Shown: positions 34,554 to 44,967 of the stretch, one piece after another
Position numbering within the stretch: the stretch's first letter is position 1
How the letters are laid out: every line of letters starts with the position of its first letter
From: Candidatus Omnitrophota bacterium
GTDB taxonomy: Bacteria > Omnitrophota > Gorgyraeia > Gygaellales > Profunditerraquicolaceae
Length of the DNA: 64,000 nucleotides
Assembly (NCBI GenBank): GCA_022710715.1
Contig: JAKLGJ010000002.1
Span: forward strand, 81,977-145,976
Direction: 5' to 3'
Program-made: the position numbers and the translations under genes
Notes under the pieces: model-generated
What the model was told of the DNA's origin: nothing
Databases searched by the model: none
Seen by the model: the letters and a program-made list of their open reading frames with translations, nothing else

Positions 34554-36323
34554 TTATGATTGCGATTTAAACGGCTGATACTCCGTGCCGCTCCAGGAAA
34601 CTCCGGCATGACCGGAAAATTCCAGGACGTTGAGCCTGACGCCATGCACCAGCACGGACATCGGGCCCAGGACGATGTTCAATCCGTGGCCGATCAACAC
34701 GATCATCATGCTGGCTGCGCCGAACAGAACCCCGTTGAGACCGGCAGCCATGCTGTTGGTGGTTTCGGCGATGGCCACGCCGGCCATGCCCACGGCGAAC
34801 AAGCGCACATATGAAACCACATCGGTAAAATTATTCATCAGGCTCAAAGCGATCGTACCCAGGCCCTCAAGCACGGTTTTGAGCAGATTACGCTGCGGAT
34901 GGGTAAAGAAGATCACCAATCCTATCCCCGTCACAATCAACCATTGTACATACCCAGGAAGAATTTCCCCCAGCAGAAGCATCCGGGCAAGGAAGAAAGC
35001 CGCCCATAGAACGCAGATCCAGCCCAGATCGGCCAGCGCGGACAACGCCGGCAGTTTCAGTATCGTCCGCCAGGCATGCGCGAGGGATAAATGAACCGCG
35101 CCCAGGAAGAAACAGAATGTCTGCATGTTCTTCGCATCGTTCAGCTGGGGCACCAGCGGATGAAGCCCGTACTTGAGCAGCCATTCCTGGCCGAAGAACG
35201 AACCGGTCAAGATGCCCCAGAGAATAGCGCAGGAGCTTAATAGATAGAGCAGGGGGAAGATCTGTGCAGTCGACGGATTCATTCTGGTTTTCTTCTGCGC
35301 CCCGAAGGTCAGGAGCAAATATACTGCGCCATACCCGGCGTCCCCGATGAGTATCCCGAAGAAAATGCTGAAAAACACCAGGAACACTGCGCTCACGTCC
35401 AGCTCATGGTACCCCGGGACAATGCCTAATAACGCCATGACCGGTTTGATCTTCTGCGCCCAGCGGGGAATACGCAGGAATGTCGGGACCGCGTCTTCTT
35501 CAGACGGCGCCTGAATAGATATGCCCCATTGCTGCGCCTGCGCTGCCCGCATTACCCCGGCCACCGCATCGTGCGGCAGATAACCGGCCAGATACAGTAA
35601 TTGCCCCTGCCGCCCCATTCCGGCCAGCGCCTGTTGAAACTCCAGTTTTTTCTCCAGCACCTGTTTCTGCTGCGCGATGCTGTCGCGATGCGCGCTTTGC
35701 TTCGCCAGGTCTTTCTTGAGCTCGTTTTCCAAAGCAGCATCCTGCTCCAGCCTGCGGCGCATCGCGCTTAATGAATTTTTAGGCAAACCCACTTCTTTAT
35801 AGGCCAGATCCCGGCGTGAGCGCGAGATTACCAGACAGCGGGCGATCCCTTCATGCACGCTGATTACCCGGCCGATGCAATCCTGCGGCAACGAACCGAC
35901 TTCTTTTTCCGGGATCTCGAAAAGGCGGACAACAATGCCTTTGCGTTCCAAAGCACGCACATCCTCGGGATCGAAATCCCCCCAGCGTTCCCATTCGTCG
36001 ATCCGCAGCGCGAGAATGCGCGAATATTCCTGCAACTGGTCCAGGCGTTTCTCCAGATCGATGATATGCCGGCTGGCGATACGCCAGTCCGTTTCCCGGT
36101 GACCGGAGTCGTACGCCGTTTTTTGATCGCTGCGGCGGCGCGAGAGTATCTCCAGCGCGGAAGCGGCGAGGCCGATCTCTTCCTGTACTGCGGCGACCGG
36201 CTGGCTGTGCGGAGGCTGTTGGTGCTCGAGATGAATCACCCCCAGCTCGCCGAGACGGGTAATGGTCGCGACGCCGTCATGAGCCAGGCAGACAATGTAC
36301 GCTTTTTTCATGGGCACGATCAT
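34554..36323 (-). CDS. atpI: V-type ATP synthase subunit I (a-subunit)
   Basis: ~300-aa hydrophilic coiled-coil N-half followed by a multi-TM C-half with the conserved Arg helix (YVRLFAVGMAG); 589 aa. Position in the operon between D and K. Confidence 0.85.
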   Translation of the reverse strand: MIVPMKKAYIVCLAHDGVATITRLGELGVIHLEHQQPPHSQPVAAVQEEIGLAASALEILSRRRSDQKTAYDSGHRETDWRIASRHIIDLEKRLDQLQEYSRILALRIDEWERWGDFDPEDVRALERKGIVVRLFEIPEKEVGSLPQDCIGRVISVHEGIARCLVISRSRRDLAYKEVGLPKNSLSAMRRRLEQDAALENELKKDLAKQSAHRDSIAQQKQVLEKKLEFQQALAGMGRQGQLLYLAGYLPHDAVAGVMRAAQAQQWGISIQAPSEEDAVPTFLRIPRWAQKIKPVMALLGIVPGYHELDVSAVFLVFFSIFFGILIGDAGYGAVYLLLTFGAQKKTRMNPSTAQIFPLLYLLSSCAILWGILTGSFFGQEWLLKYGLHPLVPQLNDAKNMQTFCFFLGAVHLSLAHAWRTILKLPALSALADLGWICVLWAAFFLARMLLLGEILPGYVQWLIVTGIGLVIFFTHPQRNLLKTVLEGLGTIALSLMNNFTDVVSYVRLFAVGMAGVAIAETTNSMAAGLNGVLFGAASMMIVLIGHGLNIVLGPMSVLVHGVRLNVLEFSGHAGVSWSGTEYQPFKSQS

Positions 36324-36940
36324 GCCGCCACCTCGAGCGCTTCCAGAGCTTCGATCTTCCGCTTGGCGATTTTGCTGCGGCCGACGGCATTAGCCATCTG
36401 GTCGCCGATATAGATCTTGATCCTGCGGATCGCGTCCTGGGCTTCGGGGATCTTGACTTTCTCGAACAGATTCACCCGCTGCGTCGTGATGCGTAATTCG
36501 CGTTTAAGCGTTTCGATCGCTTGAACCATCACCCGGATCTCTTCGCGCAAGACCACCTGTTCGCGCAGGAATTCCAGCGCGCCGTCCACCCACGCCGGCG
36601 TCAGGAAAAGGTCGTATGCGGCGTCGGTAAAGCGCGCCCGCTCAAAAACCGGCAGGTCTACCCCGGCGACATTCCTGACGCCGGCGATGATTTCTGCGGG
36701 GACCAGCCACGGTTTGAATGCGGGCAGATCGATCTCGGTCAGCAATCCCGCCCAGACCATGGCCGCGGCTTTCTTCACCTCAAGCTGACGCTGTTTTTCC
36801 AGCGCCGCCGCGTTCAAGTGCAGGATCTCTATCTGAAGCTGCTGCTTTTTAAGCTGCAGCGTCGGCAGGTAACGCTCGAACTGCTTGAGCGCATCCCGCT
36901 GCTTCTTCAATTCTCCCTTGGTCAGCTTTATCTTTGCCAT
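36320..36940 (-). CDS. atpD: V-type ATP synthase subunit D
   Basis: Start at internal Met (MAKIKLTKGELKKQRDALKQ...). Long coiled-coil rotor-stalk protein of ~206 aa, located downstream of subunit B. Confidence 0.8.
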   Translation of the reverse strand: MAKIKLTKGELKKQRDALKQFERYLPTLQLKKQQLQIEILHLNAAALEKQRQLEVKKAAAMVWAGLLTEIDLPAFKPWLVPAEIIAGVRNVAGVDLPVFERARFTDAAYDLFLTPAWVDGALEFLREQVVLREEIRVMVQAIETLKRELRITTQRVNLFEKVKIPEAQDAIRRIKIYIGDQMANAVGRSKIAKRKIEALEALEVAA

Positions 36941-36991
36941 ACTAAACCCGTTCGCGCCGGCTTCTCCCGGTTCTCGCAGCACCGGCAATCT

Positions 36992-38284
36992 TTATTTCGG
37001 CCAGTACTGCTCGATCAGCGCAGGCTTGATCCCGGTCTCTTCCGGGCTGAAGCACGCATGCAGAATCTCCCAGCCTTTATCCAGCGCCTTCTCCAGCGAA
37101 ACATTGACTTTCAGCGACATCATCTCGCGCTCGAACAAACCGCCGTAGTTGAGCAACTTCTTGTCCCAGGCGCTCATCTGAAATCCCATCGCCTGCTTTT
37201 CCAGGGTCTCGCGATAACTGGCGAAGAGCTGGATCATGGTGTCCATGATGGTACGATGGTCCGGCCGGGTTTTGCCGTTCACCTGCTGTTTCAACCGGCT
37301 TAAGGAACCGAACGGCTCGATCACCCCTCCCTTGAGATAAAACTGCCCTTCGGTAATATACCCGGTATTATCGGGCACCGGATGGGTCACGTCGTCGCCG
37401 GGCATGGTGGTCACCGCCAGGATGGTAATAGAACCCGCGGTATCAAAATCAACCGCTTTTTCGTACCGCGCAGCCAGCTGGCTGTAGAGGTCGCCGGGAT
37501 AGCCGCGGTTCGACGGCACCTGCTCCATGGTAATCGAGATTTCCTTGAGCGCGTCGGCAAAATTGGTCATATCCGTCAGCAGCACCAGGACCCGTTTTCC
37601 GTTCAAAGCGAAATGCTCGGCCACCGCCAGGCTGATATCCGGCACCAGCAGGCATTCCACGGTGGGATCCGCCGCGGTATGCATAAAGAATATCGAGCGC
37701 GCCAGCGCGCCGTGCTGGTCAAGCGTATCCCGGAAGAATAAATAATCGTCATGCTTCAATCCCATGCCGCCGAGTATGATGATGTCCACTTCGGCTTGAA
37801 TGGCGATACGCGCCAGCAGTTCGTTATACGGCTCTCCGGCGATGGAAAAGATCGGGAGCTTCTGCGATTCCACCAGCGAATTGAACACGTCGATCATGGG
37901 GATGCCGGTGCGGATCATCTTGTTGGGGATCACCCGTTTGACCGGATTCACCGGAGGCCCGCCGCTCTCCACCAGGTTGTCCGCCAGGACCGGCCCTTTA
38001 TCCAGCGGTATCCCGCTGCCGTTGAAGATCCGTCCCAGCAGGTCATCGCCGCTGGCCACGCGCATGGGATGGCCGAGAAACCTGACTTTGTCTCCGGTAG
38101 AAACGCCTTTGCTGCCGGCGAAAACCTGCAGCGACACCCGGCGACCGTCCAGACGAATGACCTGGGCCAGCGACGTTCCGCGCGAAGCGGAAATCTCCGC
38201 GATCTCGTTGTAGCCGACGCCGTCCGCCTCAACGGTGATCACGTCTCCGGCGATCTGAACAATATGCGTGTAGATTTTATGCAT
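36992..38284 (-). CDS. atpB: V-type ATP synthase subunit B (regulatory)
   Basis: Non-catalytic nucleotide-site sequence [11 protein letters not shown] (no intact P-loop), overall A/B-family fold; 430 aa. Overlaps the subunit A stop. Confidence 0.9.
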   Translation of the reverse strand: MHKIYTHIVQIAGDVITVEADGVGYNEIAEISASRGTSLAQVIRLDGRRVSLQVFAGSKGVSTGDKVRFLGHPMRVASGDDLLGRIFNGSGIPLDKGPVLADNLVESGGPPVNPVKRVIPNKMIRTGIPMIDVFNSLVESQKLPIFSIAGEPYNELLARIAIQAEVDIIILGGMGLKHDDYLFFRDTLDQHGALARSIFFMHTAADPTVECLLVPDISLAVAEHFALNGKRVLVLLTDMTNFADALKEISITMEQVPSNRGYPGDLYSQLAARYEKAVDFDTAGSITILAVTTMPGDDVTHPVPDNTGYITEGQFYLKGGVIEPFGSLSRLKQQVNGKTRPDHRTIMDTMIQLFASYRETLEKQAMGFQMSAWDKKLLNYGGLFEREMMSLKVNVSLEKALDKGWEILHACFSPEETGIKPALIEQYWPK

Positions 38285-40037
38285 TGCTGGTCTCTTTGTT
38301 TGTGCTGCGTTTCTGCTCCAGCAGCAGCGCGATCTCCTGTTCTATTTTTGAGAATTCCGGGGATTTGAACACGCTGGAGTTCCATCCCCTGGTCAGCTGA
38401 CGCAGTTGCTGAAAGAAGCGCAACGCTTCTTCCTTGCTTTGAAAGCGGAATTCCTCTTCCATAATATCGTAGATGAACGCAAACACGTACTGCTGCCGTT
38501 CGGCGGAACAGGATTCATCCACGGGGTCGAAAGCATTCTGCTGCAGATAGACGAAATCGAAATACTCGCCCTTAAGATAATCCACATAATCCGCCAGAGA
38601 AGTGCCTTCTTCACCGATAACTTTCATCATCTGTGAAACGTCGCGGCTCTTTTTGAGCATCGCATGTCCGCGCACGCGATAGCGTTCCGGGATTACGCTG
38701 GGATATTTGCTCCAGCTGATCAACGGATCTATCGCCGGATACCTGCGGGCGTCCGAACGTTCGCGCGAAAGGCCGTGGAATGCGCCGACCACCTTTAACG
38801 TCGCCTGGGTGACCGGTTCTTCAAAGTTGCCTCCGGCAGGACTGACCGTGCCGCCGATAGTCACGGAACCGGTTGAGCCGTCATTAAGCCGCACCGCTCC
38901 GGCGCGCTCGTAGAAAGAAGCGATGCGCGATTCCAGATACGCGGGAAAAGCTTCTTCGCCGGGAATTTCCTCGAGCCGGCCGGACATCTCCCGCATCGCC
39001 TGCGCCCAGCGGGATGTGGAATCGGCCAGAAGCAGAACCTGTAAGCCCATCTGCCGGTAATATTCGGCAATGGTAACCGCGGTATACACGCTGGATTCGC
39101 GCGCGGCCACCGGCATGGAGCTGGTATTACAGATGATCACGGTCCGGTCGCTCAACGGTTTATGCGTACGCGGATCAATCAACTCGGGAAACGTTTTAAG
39201 CGTTTCGACCACTTCGCCGGCCCGCTCTCCGCAGGCGGCAATGATCACCACATCCGCATCGGCGTGCCGGCTGATCAACTGTTGAAGCACGGTTTTGCCC
39301 GCGCCGAACGGTCCGGGCACGCAATAGGTGCCGCCCAGGGCTACCGGGAAAAGCGAATCGATCAGACGCATTTTGGTTACCAGCGGTTGATGCGGTTTAA
39401 GTTTTTCTGCGTACGCCCGGATGGCGATTTTCACCGGCCAGTTCTGTTTTAAATACACATCTTCCTCTTTACCGGAAGAATCCCGCAGCCGGGCAATCGG
39501 TTTTTTGAGATTATAGCGTCCCAGGCCGGCAATGCTGACCACTTCCCGGATTCCCTGCAGACCGAAGGGCACCATAATGCAGTGTTTGAAGATTTTCTCC
39601 GGCACGGAACCCAGAATGTCGCCGGCGCGGACCGTATCGCCTTTTTTTGCCAGCGGAGTGAATTCCCATTCAACGTCCTGCGCCAGCGCGGTCAGATATG
39701 CTCCGCGCTTCAGGAAAAAACCGTGCTGCGCGGCGAGCGGCGGCAAAGGATTCTGCAAACCGTCGAAAATCTGGCCGAGCATTCCCGGTCCCAGCTCAAC
39801 CGACAAAAGCTCGCCGGTAAATACAACTTCGTCGCCGATCTGCAGGCCGCTGGTATTCTCATACACCTGCATCTCCGCCTTATCCGCCCGGACGCGGATG
39901 ACCTCGGCCTTGAGCGCTTCGGCGCCGTGTTGTACAAAAGCGACTTCATTCTGAATGATTACCCCGTCAACGTGAGCGGTAACCATGTTACCGGTGATCT
40001 TGACAACCCTTCCTGTTCTGTCTTTCGGCATGCTCAT
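38277..40037 (-). CDS. atpA: V-type ATP synthase subunit A (catalytic)
   Basis: P-loop [12 protein letters not shown], Walker B and the non-homologous insert typical of V/A-type A subunits; 586 aa. Confidence 0.92.
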   Translation of the reverse strand: MSMPKDRTGRVVKITGNMVTAHVDGVIIQNEVAFVQHGAEALKAEVIRVRADKAEMQVYENTSGLQIGDEVVFTGELLSVELGPGMLGQIFDGLQNPLPPLAAQHGFFLKRGAYLTALAQDVEWEFTPLAKKGDTVRAGDILGSVPEKIFKHCIMVPFGLQGIREVVSIAGLGRYNLKKPIARLRDSSGKEEDVYLKQNWPVKIAIRAYAEKLKPHQPLVTKMRLIDSLFPVALGGTYCVPGPFGAGKTVLQQLISRHADADVVIIAACGERAGEVVETLKTFPELIDPRTHKPLSDRTVIICNTSSMPVAARESSVYTAVTIAEYYRQMGLQVLLLADSTSRWAQAMREMSGRLEEIPGEEAFPAYLESRIASFYERAGAVRLNDGSTGSVTIGGTVSPAGGNFEEPVTQATLKVVGAFHGLSRERSDARRYPAIDPLISWSKYPSVIPERYRVRGHAMLKKSRDVSQMMKVIGEEGTSLADYVDYLKGEYFDFVYLQQNAFDPVDESCSAERQQYVFAFIYDIMEEEFRFQSKEEALRFFQQLRQLTRGWNSSVFKSPEFSKIEQEIALLLEQKRSTNKETSNA

Positions 40038-40058
40038 TCCTTTGATCTCTACCCGTGT

Positions 40059-40586
40059 TTAATCGGCGGCCAGGGCCTGCTCCAGCGCCGCGTTCTTATC
40101 CGCGGCGGCAATATGTTCCCAGCGCCAGAGAATACGCAGTTGCAACGCATATACCAGCAGCGCTTCCAGATCGAAAAAATGCCCCGCGGCGAGCTCGTCC
40201 AGCTTCCGCCAGCGCTCCTGGTCGAGGAATAGCTCGGATTCGATCAATGACGGGATGCGGTGACTGTTCATGGCGCTGTGATACACCGCGATATCCCCGC
40301 TTCCGTCGGGCCGTAGATAGCTGGCCGGATCGAGTTTCTTGCGGCTGGCGCGGATCTTAACCAGCTCATTGCGCAGCTCTATTTCAAAAGCCAGCCACTG
40401 CCGCAACAATGCGTGCTCCGGGGGCTGGCCCGCGAGGATATCCCGGGCGCAGACACGCACCGCCTGCAGATCTTTTTCGCCAACGGCATCCTGACATGTC
40501 TGGAGGAACCGTTGAAAAGAAAACGGCGGCTTTGCGCCGAAATGCAGCATCGGCAGGCTCGCCATGAGAAAATAATACGCGGACAT
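40059..40586 (-). CDS. V-ATPase-operon associated hypothetical protein (DUF2764-like)
   Basis: 175-aa soluble helical protein located between subunits E and A. In Chlamydia/spirochaete-type V-ATPase operons a conserved hypothetical occupies exactly this slot. Assignment is by context. Confidence 0.4.
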   Translation of the reverse strand: MSAYYFLMASLPMLHFGAKPPFSFQRFLQTCQDAVGEKDLQAVRVCARDILAGQPPEHALLRQWLAFEIELRNELVKIRASRKKLDPASYLRPDGSGDIAVYHSAMNSHRIPSLIESELFLDQERWRKLDELAAGHFFDLEALLVYALQLRILWRWEHIAAADKNAALEQALAAD

Positions 40587-40590
40587 CGTC

Positions 40591-41193
40591 CTAAATCCCC
40601 TTTAGCAATTCGGCGACTTTGGGCTTCAAGCTCGTTCCGATATACTCCGCCAGGGCCGTATCGGTAAAATCAAAATGGGATTTACCGTCATCGAAGCTGA
40701 TCCGGAATCCCGCCCGGATATCGGCCTGGGAACGGATTTCAAGCCCTTTCTTCAGTTCATGCTTGAGCGCGTTCAGAAAATGACCTTCCAGCCGGCTTTT
40801 ATCCTGCTCCGACAGATAAATCACCGCGCTGCTCGCTCCTTGAGCGCAATAGCCGGAGATCAGCGCGCCGATGATTTTCGACAATTCTTCGACGGACAGA
40901 ACCGCGGCGGTCTCGGCGGCAACCAGCTTCTGCAACAACGCCAGCACGTCCTGACGCAGCGTCAATAGCATATCCCTGCCCGCCTGCTGCAATGCTGCCC
41001 GGGAACTGGCCTGCATGCTGTCGATTTTCTCTTCAGCTTCATCGATCATTTTCTTAGCCTGCGCCGCAGCCTTCTGCAGGATCACCTCTGCTTTCTGCTG
41101 CGCCTGCTGCTCGATATCCCGCGCTTTCACTTCAGCAGCCTGCACGCCTTCCTGATTGATTTTTTCGATCAATTCTTTAATCTGGTCCGCCAT
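40591..41193 (-). CDS. atpE: V-type ATP synthase subunit E
   Basis: Start at internal Met (MADQIKELIEKINQEG...) with GGAG SD. N-terminal long helix plus C-terminal globular domain; 200 aa. First gene of the V-ATPase operon. Confidence 0.75.
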   Translation of the reverse strand: MADQIKELIEKINQEGVQAAEVKARDIEQQAQQKAEVILQKAAAQAKKMIDEAEEKIDSMQASSRAALQQAGRDMLLTLRQDVLALLQKLVAAETAAVLSVEELSKIIGALISGYCAQGASSAVIYLSEQDKSRLEGHFLNALKHELKKGLEIRSQADIRAGFRISFDDGKSHFDFTDTALAEYIGTSLKPKVAELLKGI

Positions 41194-41199
41194 GTTGAC

Positions 41200-41276
41200 T
41201 CCTTGCCTACAGAGGCAATACCCGCGCAATTCCGATCTGCGCGGGGTATACACGCAGAGGCAATACCCGCGCAATT
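41200..41276. repeat. palindromic leader repeat (copy A), immediately 5' of the atpE start codon
   Basis: Identical to 31829..31905 except for 1-2 positions. Contains the inverted repeat ATACCCGCGCA/TGCGCGGGGTAT twice and supplies the SD (reverse complement of TCC...). Confidence 0.85.
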
Positions 41277-41339
41277 TGGCCACAGGGCCACACTAACGCA
41301 ATTCCTTATTAGCGTTAGGTGCGATCTGCGCCGGGAGTA

Positions 41340-42026
41340 TCATTTCATCAGTCTTTTAACCGCTTCAAGCGGATTGGCCGCTTCCAGTATGGGGCGACCT
41401 ACAACGATATACTGTGCCCCGGCGGCAAATGCCGTCGCTGCCGTTGCCACCCGCTTCTGGTCGCCGGTATCCGCGCCTTGCGGCCGTATGCCCGGCGTGA
41501 CGATCACGAACGCTTTCCCGCAGGCTTTTCGCACTGCTGCCGCCTCGTGCACGGAACAAACAACCCCGTCCAGACCGGCCTTCCTGGCCAGCCGGGCGCG
41601 CTGCACTACGGTCCGGCGCGTATCTGCGCCGGCTTTATCGCTGGTCAGCACCGTGATTCCCAACAACAAAGGCTTCTTGACTTTCGCCGCCGCAGCTTCT
41701 TCTTTCGCTGCCTGCGCCGCCCGTACCAGCATTTCTTCGCCCCCGGCAGTATGCAGCGAGACCATCGCTACGTTCAACCGGGTGGCCTGACGCACAGCGC
41801 CGGCTACGGTATTGGGAATATCGTGAAATTTAAGGTCCAGAAACACCCGGCTTCCTTTTTCGCGCACCAGATCAACGATCTTCGGCCCATAAGCGGTAAA
41901 GAGCACCGGCCCGATCTTAACCATCCCAATCGCTGAAGCAAGCATATTCATAAAGCGCCGGGCTTGCCTGATATCCTTGACATCCAGGGCGAGAATAAGT
42001 CGTTTGCGCAGAGAACGCTGGTTCAT
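41340..42026 (-). CDS. pyrF: orotidine 5'-phosphate decarboxylase
   Basis: LILALDV...DLKFHDIPNTV...GITVLTS blocks with the catalytic Asp/Lys of OMPdecase; 228 aa. Confidence 0.9.
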   Translation of the reverse strand: MNQRSLRKRLILALDVKDIRQARRFMNMLASAIGMVKIGPVLFTAYGPKIVDLVREKGSRVFLDLKFHDIPNTVAGAVRQATRLNVAMVSLHTAGGEEMLVRAAQAAKEEAAAAKVKKPLLLGITVLTSDKAGADTRRTVVQRARLARKAGLDGVVCSVHEAAAVRKACGKAFVIVTPGIRPQGADTGDQKRVATAATAFAAGAQYIVVGRPILEAANPLEAVKRLMK

Positions 42027-42955
42027 AGTTCTAGACTCCCGATCATGCTTTGAATCGTAACCGCGCGGCTGCGTTTCAGGTAAGAGACCAACCCCGCGAC
42101 AATCTCATTGCTTACCGAAGGATTCACGAAATTCGCCGTGCCCACGCTGACCGCGGTCGCTCCGGCGATGATGAATTCCAGCGCGCTGGCAGTATCCATG
42201 ATCCCGCCCATCCCGATGATCGGAATGCGCGTTTTCCGGTAAACTTCCCAGACCATGCGCACGGCTATCGGCCGCACCGCCGGACCGCTTAACCCGCCCA
42301 CACCCATGGCGATCTTCGGCCGGCGGGTTGCGCTATCAATGCTCATTCCCTGAAGCGTATTGATCAAAGCCAGCGCGTCGCTTCCCGCGGCCTGCGCGGC
42401 CAAAGCGATCTCGCAGATATCGGTGACATTGGGGGAAAGCTTGGTGATCAAGGTTTTGCGCGTGGCTTTGCGCACGGCCCTGACCGCAGCATGCGTGGCT
42501 TCGGGGTCTTGCGCGATCAATCCGGCCCTCAAACCTCTGGCTGCATGTTTCACATTGGGACAGGAGATGTTCAGCTCAAGCGCGGCAACGCTCTTCTCCT
42601 TATCCAGCCTGCGGGCTACTGTCACGAATTCCTCCGGGTCGTGTTCTGAAGCGATGCTGACAATCACCGGCACGCCCAGTTGAGCCACAGGAGGCAATTT
42701 CTCGTCGATGAACGCATCCAGCCCGGGATTCTCCAGGCCGATGGAATTGAGCATCCCGGAAGGGGTTTCGCAGGTACGCGGTCCGGGATTGCCCTGGCGC
42801 GGCTTGAGAGTAATGGTCTTGGTGACAATCGCCCCGAGCTTACGCACGTCGACAAAATCGCGGAATTCCGCGGCGTAACCGAACGTTCCGGAGGCGACCA
42901 TCACCGGATTCTTGAGGACCAGTTTTCCCAGGCGAACAGACAGATCGGGTTGCAT
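42023..42955 (-). CDS. pyrD: dihydroorotate dehydrogenase, class 1B catalytic subunit
   Basis: NPVMVASGTFG, ELNISCPN (active-site Cys), GGI...GA FMN-binding blocks. Start at internal Met MQPDLSV. Partnered with pyrK. Confidence 0.9.
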   Translation of the reverse strand: MQPDLSVRLGKLVLKNPVMVASGTFGYAAEFRDFVDVRKLGAIVTKTITLKPRQGNPGPRTCETPSGMLNSIGLENPGLDAFIDEKLPPVAQLGVPVIVSIASEHDPEEFVTVARRLDKEKSVAALELNISCPNVKHAARGLRAGLIAQDPEATHAAVRAVRKATRKTLITKLSPNVTDICEIALAAQAAGSDALALINTLQGMSIDSATRRPKIAMGVGGLSGPAVRPIAVRMVWEVYRKTRIPIIGMGGIMDTASALEFIIAGATAVSVGTANFVNPSVSNEIVAGLVSYLKRSRAVTIQSMIGSLEL

Positions 42956-42956
42956 A

Positions 42957-44105
42957 TTAGAAGCTCGGTTCAATACAGAGCACTTTGTATTTGGCAAACT
43001 CTTTTAATCCGCCCTGGATAAAACTCAAGTTAGTCTGGTATTTTATCTTGCACCAGAACCAGAATGCCGATTTGGGTTCCATGTCGAAATTCCAGCGAAC
43101 GAACTGATAGGCGTATTTCCAGGTCAGCAAAAAGAATATCAGGGTAAACACCCACCAGCCGAAACTGGCTCGCAGCAGGCTGATCAGTAACCCGAACAGC
43201 GTCGCGAGAGCGCAGAGATGCATGAGATGGAAATTGCCGATGTAGACAAAACCGCGAAGCGGAAAGGGAATCTTGATGCCGGGCCCGCCTTTGAGGTTCT
43301 GGAAAATGATCTCCAGCTGTTTTTTCTTGCAGTATTTATCGATCAACGGCAAATGCGCCTGGCCGTATGTCACCCAGACCCTGCGCAGAGCTTTGATGTC
43401 CGCGCGATGCATGTGGTCGACCTTGGCCAGAGGAGCGAAATAGAATTTCCACCCTTTGCTGCGGTGCTGATAACTTAAATCCATATCTTCGCCGGTCGGT
43501 CTCTCCCAGAATTTCGCGCCGATCTCTTTCATCGCCGACCTGCGGTAGGCGACGTTGCAGGTGCCGAAAAAGAATCCGCGATGTCCGCCGATATCGCAGG
43601 GCGTCGGCTCTTTGGGGAAATCGGGATAATAGCCTTCTTTGATCCAGCCGTACCGCGGAGCGACCATGTTGAACCGGAAATGCTGACACCAGCCTTCCAC
43701 CAGATTGTTGGGATCGACTTTCAGGGTGAACACTTCTCCACCCACGGCCGCGATCTTGGGATCACGGTCAAAATGCTTGAGCATTTCGTTGATCCAGCTC
43801 TTATCCGGCGCGCAATCGCCGTCGGTGAAAAAGAGGTAGTCTCCCTTGACGGCTTCCAGCGCTTTGTTGCGGGCAAAACCGGGCGAGGGGCAATGAGGAA
43901 CTTCCACCAGTTTGATAAAAGGATATTTCCGCTGCCAGTCCTTGATGATCGGGATGGTCTTATCGGTCGAGCCGCCATCCACGACAACCCATTCCCAATT
44001 CTCGCGGGGATAGTCCACGTTCATCAGGTATTCAAACGTCTTTTCGATTGTCCGCTCAAAGTTTTTCACCGGGATGATAATGGAGACAAACGGTTTCTGC
44101 GCCAT
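42957..44105 (-). CDS. family 2 glycosyltransferase with C-terminal transmembrane region, inserted between pyrK and pyrD
   Basis: FVSIIIPVKNFE...VVVDGGSTDKT and ...FFTDGDC (DxD) GT-A signatures. C-terminal hydrophobic helices (LCALATLFGLLISLL, VFTLIFFLLTW); 382 aa. Confidence 0.8.
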   Translation of the reverse strand: MAQKPFVSIIIPVKNFERTIEKTFEYLMNVDYPRENWEWVVVDGGSTDKTIPIIKDWQRKYPFIKLVEVPHCPSPGFARNKALEAVKGDYLFFTDGDCAPDKSWINEMLKHFDRDPKIAAVGGEVFTLKVDPNNLVEGWCQHFRFNMVAPRYGWIKEGYYPDFPKEPTPCDIGGHRGFFFGTCNVAYRRSAMKEIGAKFWERPTGEDMDLSYQHRSKGWKFYFAPLAKVDHMHRADIKALRRVWVTYGQAHLPLIDKYCKKKQLEIIFQNLKGGPGIKIPFPLRGFVYIGNFHLMHLCALATLFGLLISLLRASFGWWVFTLIFFLLTWKYAYQFVRWNFDMEPKSAFWFWCKIKYQTNLSFIQGGLKEFAKYKVLCIEPSF

Positions 44106-44127
44106 CAGTTCCTCCTCTGGTTGAGCT

Positions 44128-44937
44128 TCACCACGCTATTTCCTGTGCTTCAAAGACCGGCCCATCTTTACAAACGCGCTTGAACCCCTCTACGGTCTTG
44201 ACCACGCAGCCAAGGCAGGCGCCGATACCGCAAGCCATATGCGCTTCCAGAGAGATTTGCGCCCGAATATGTCTTTCTGTCGCGATGCGACTGATCTGCC
44301 GCAGCATCGGTTTGGGGCCGCAAGCATAGAGACGCACGCTCGCCCCCTCCTTGCCGGCAAAACGCTTGACGTTTATTTCCCGGTCGAGAAATTTTTCCAG
44401 AAGCTCCGGGACCCTGCACCGCACCCCGCAGGTCCCGTCATCAGTAGCCAGATGCACCGCGCATCCCAGCCGCTGGAATTCCGCTGCGCACACTATCTGT
44501 CCCCGGGTCCGCGCGCCGATCAAAACCAGCGGCTTGATCCCGGCCCGCCGGACCAGCTGCTGCGCCAGGAAGAGCAACGGCGCAACCCCGATGCCCCCGG
44601 CCACGATCACCGGGCTGCTCGAACGGGGAATGCGCAGATTGAACCCGCTGCCCAGAGGACCCAGAATATCCAGGCTGTCGCCCGGGCGCCGTTGCGCCAG
44701 CAATGCGGTTGCCGGACCGACAATGTCATACATGATGGCGATCGTTTTTTTCTCCACGGCATGTATACTTAACGGCCGACGGATAAGCGGATCTGTGCCG
44801 GAACTCACTTTTACCATGACGAACTGGCCGGGCACCGCGCCGGCGGCAATGTCCGGAGCGCGCAAAGAAAGCCGATAGGTCAGCGCTGCCACCTGTTTTT
44901 GAGACACGATATCCGCCCGTCTATTCAGCATCTTCAT
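44128..44937 (-). CDS. pyrK: dihydroorotate dehydrogenase electron-transfer subunit (FAD/[2Fe-2S])
   Basis: FNR-like FAD/NAD module (RPLSIH, GGIGVAPL) and C-terminal Cys cluster (CGIGACLGCVV); 269 aa. Confidence 0.88.
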   Translation of the reverse strand: MKMLNRRADIVSQKQVAALTYRLSLRAPDIAAGAVPGQFVMVKVSSGTDPLIRRPLSIHAVEKKTIAIMYDIVGPATALLAQRRPGDSLDILGPLGSGFNLRIPRSSSPVIVAGGIGVAPLLFLAQQLVRRAGIKPLVLIGARTRGQIVCAAEFQRLGCAVHLATDDGTCGVRCRVPELLEKFLDREINVKRFAGKEGASVRLYACGPKPMLRQISRIATERHIRAQISLEAHMACGIGACLGCVVKTVEGFKRVCKDGPVFEAQEIAW

Positions 44938-44967
44938 AAAGCGGCTTTCTCTGGAAGAAATTGTTCC

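Noticed and set aside
41203-41283. N-terminal 30 residues of the track ORF 40591..41283 (MAKLRGYCLCVYTPRRSELRGYCLC...)
   Set aside because: This peptide is encoded by the palindromic leader repeat and recurs verbatim in an unrelated ORF at 31503..32003. The atpE start is the downstream Met at 41193, which has a proper SD.
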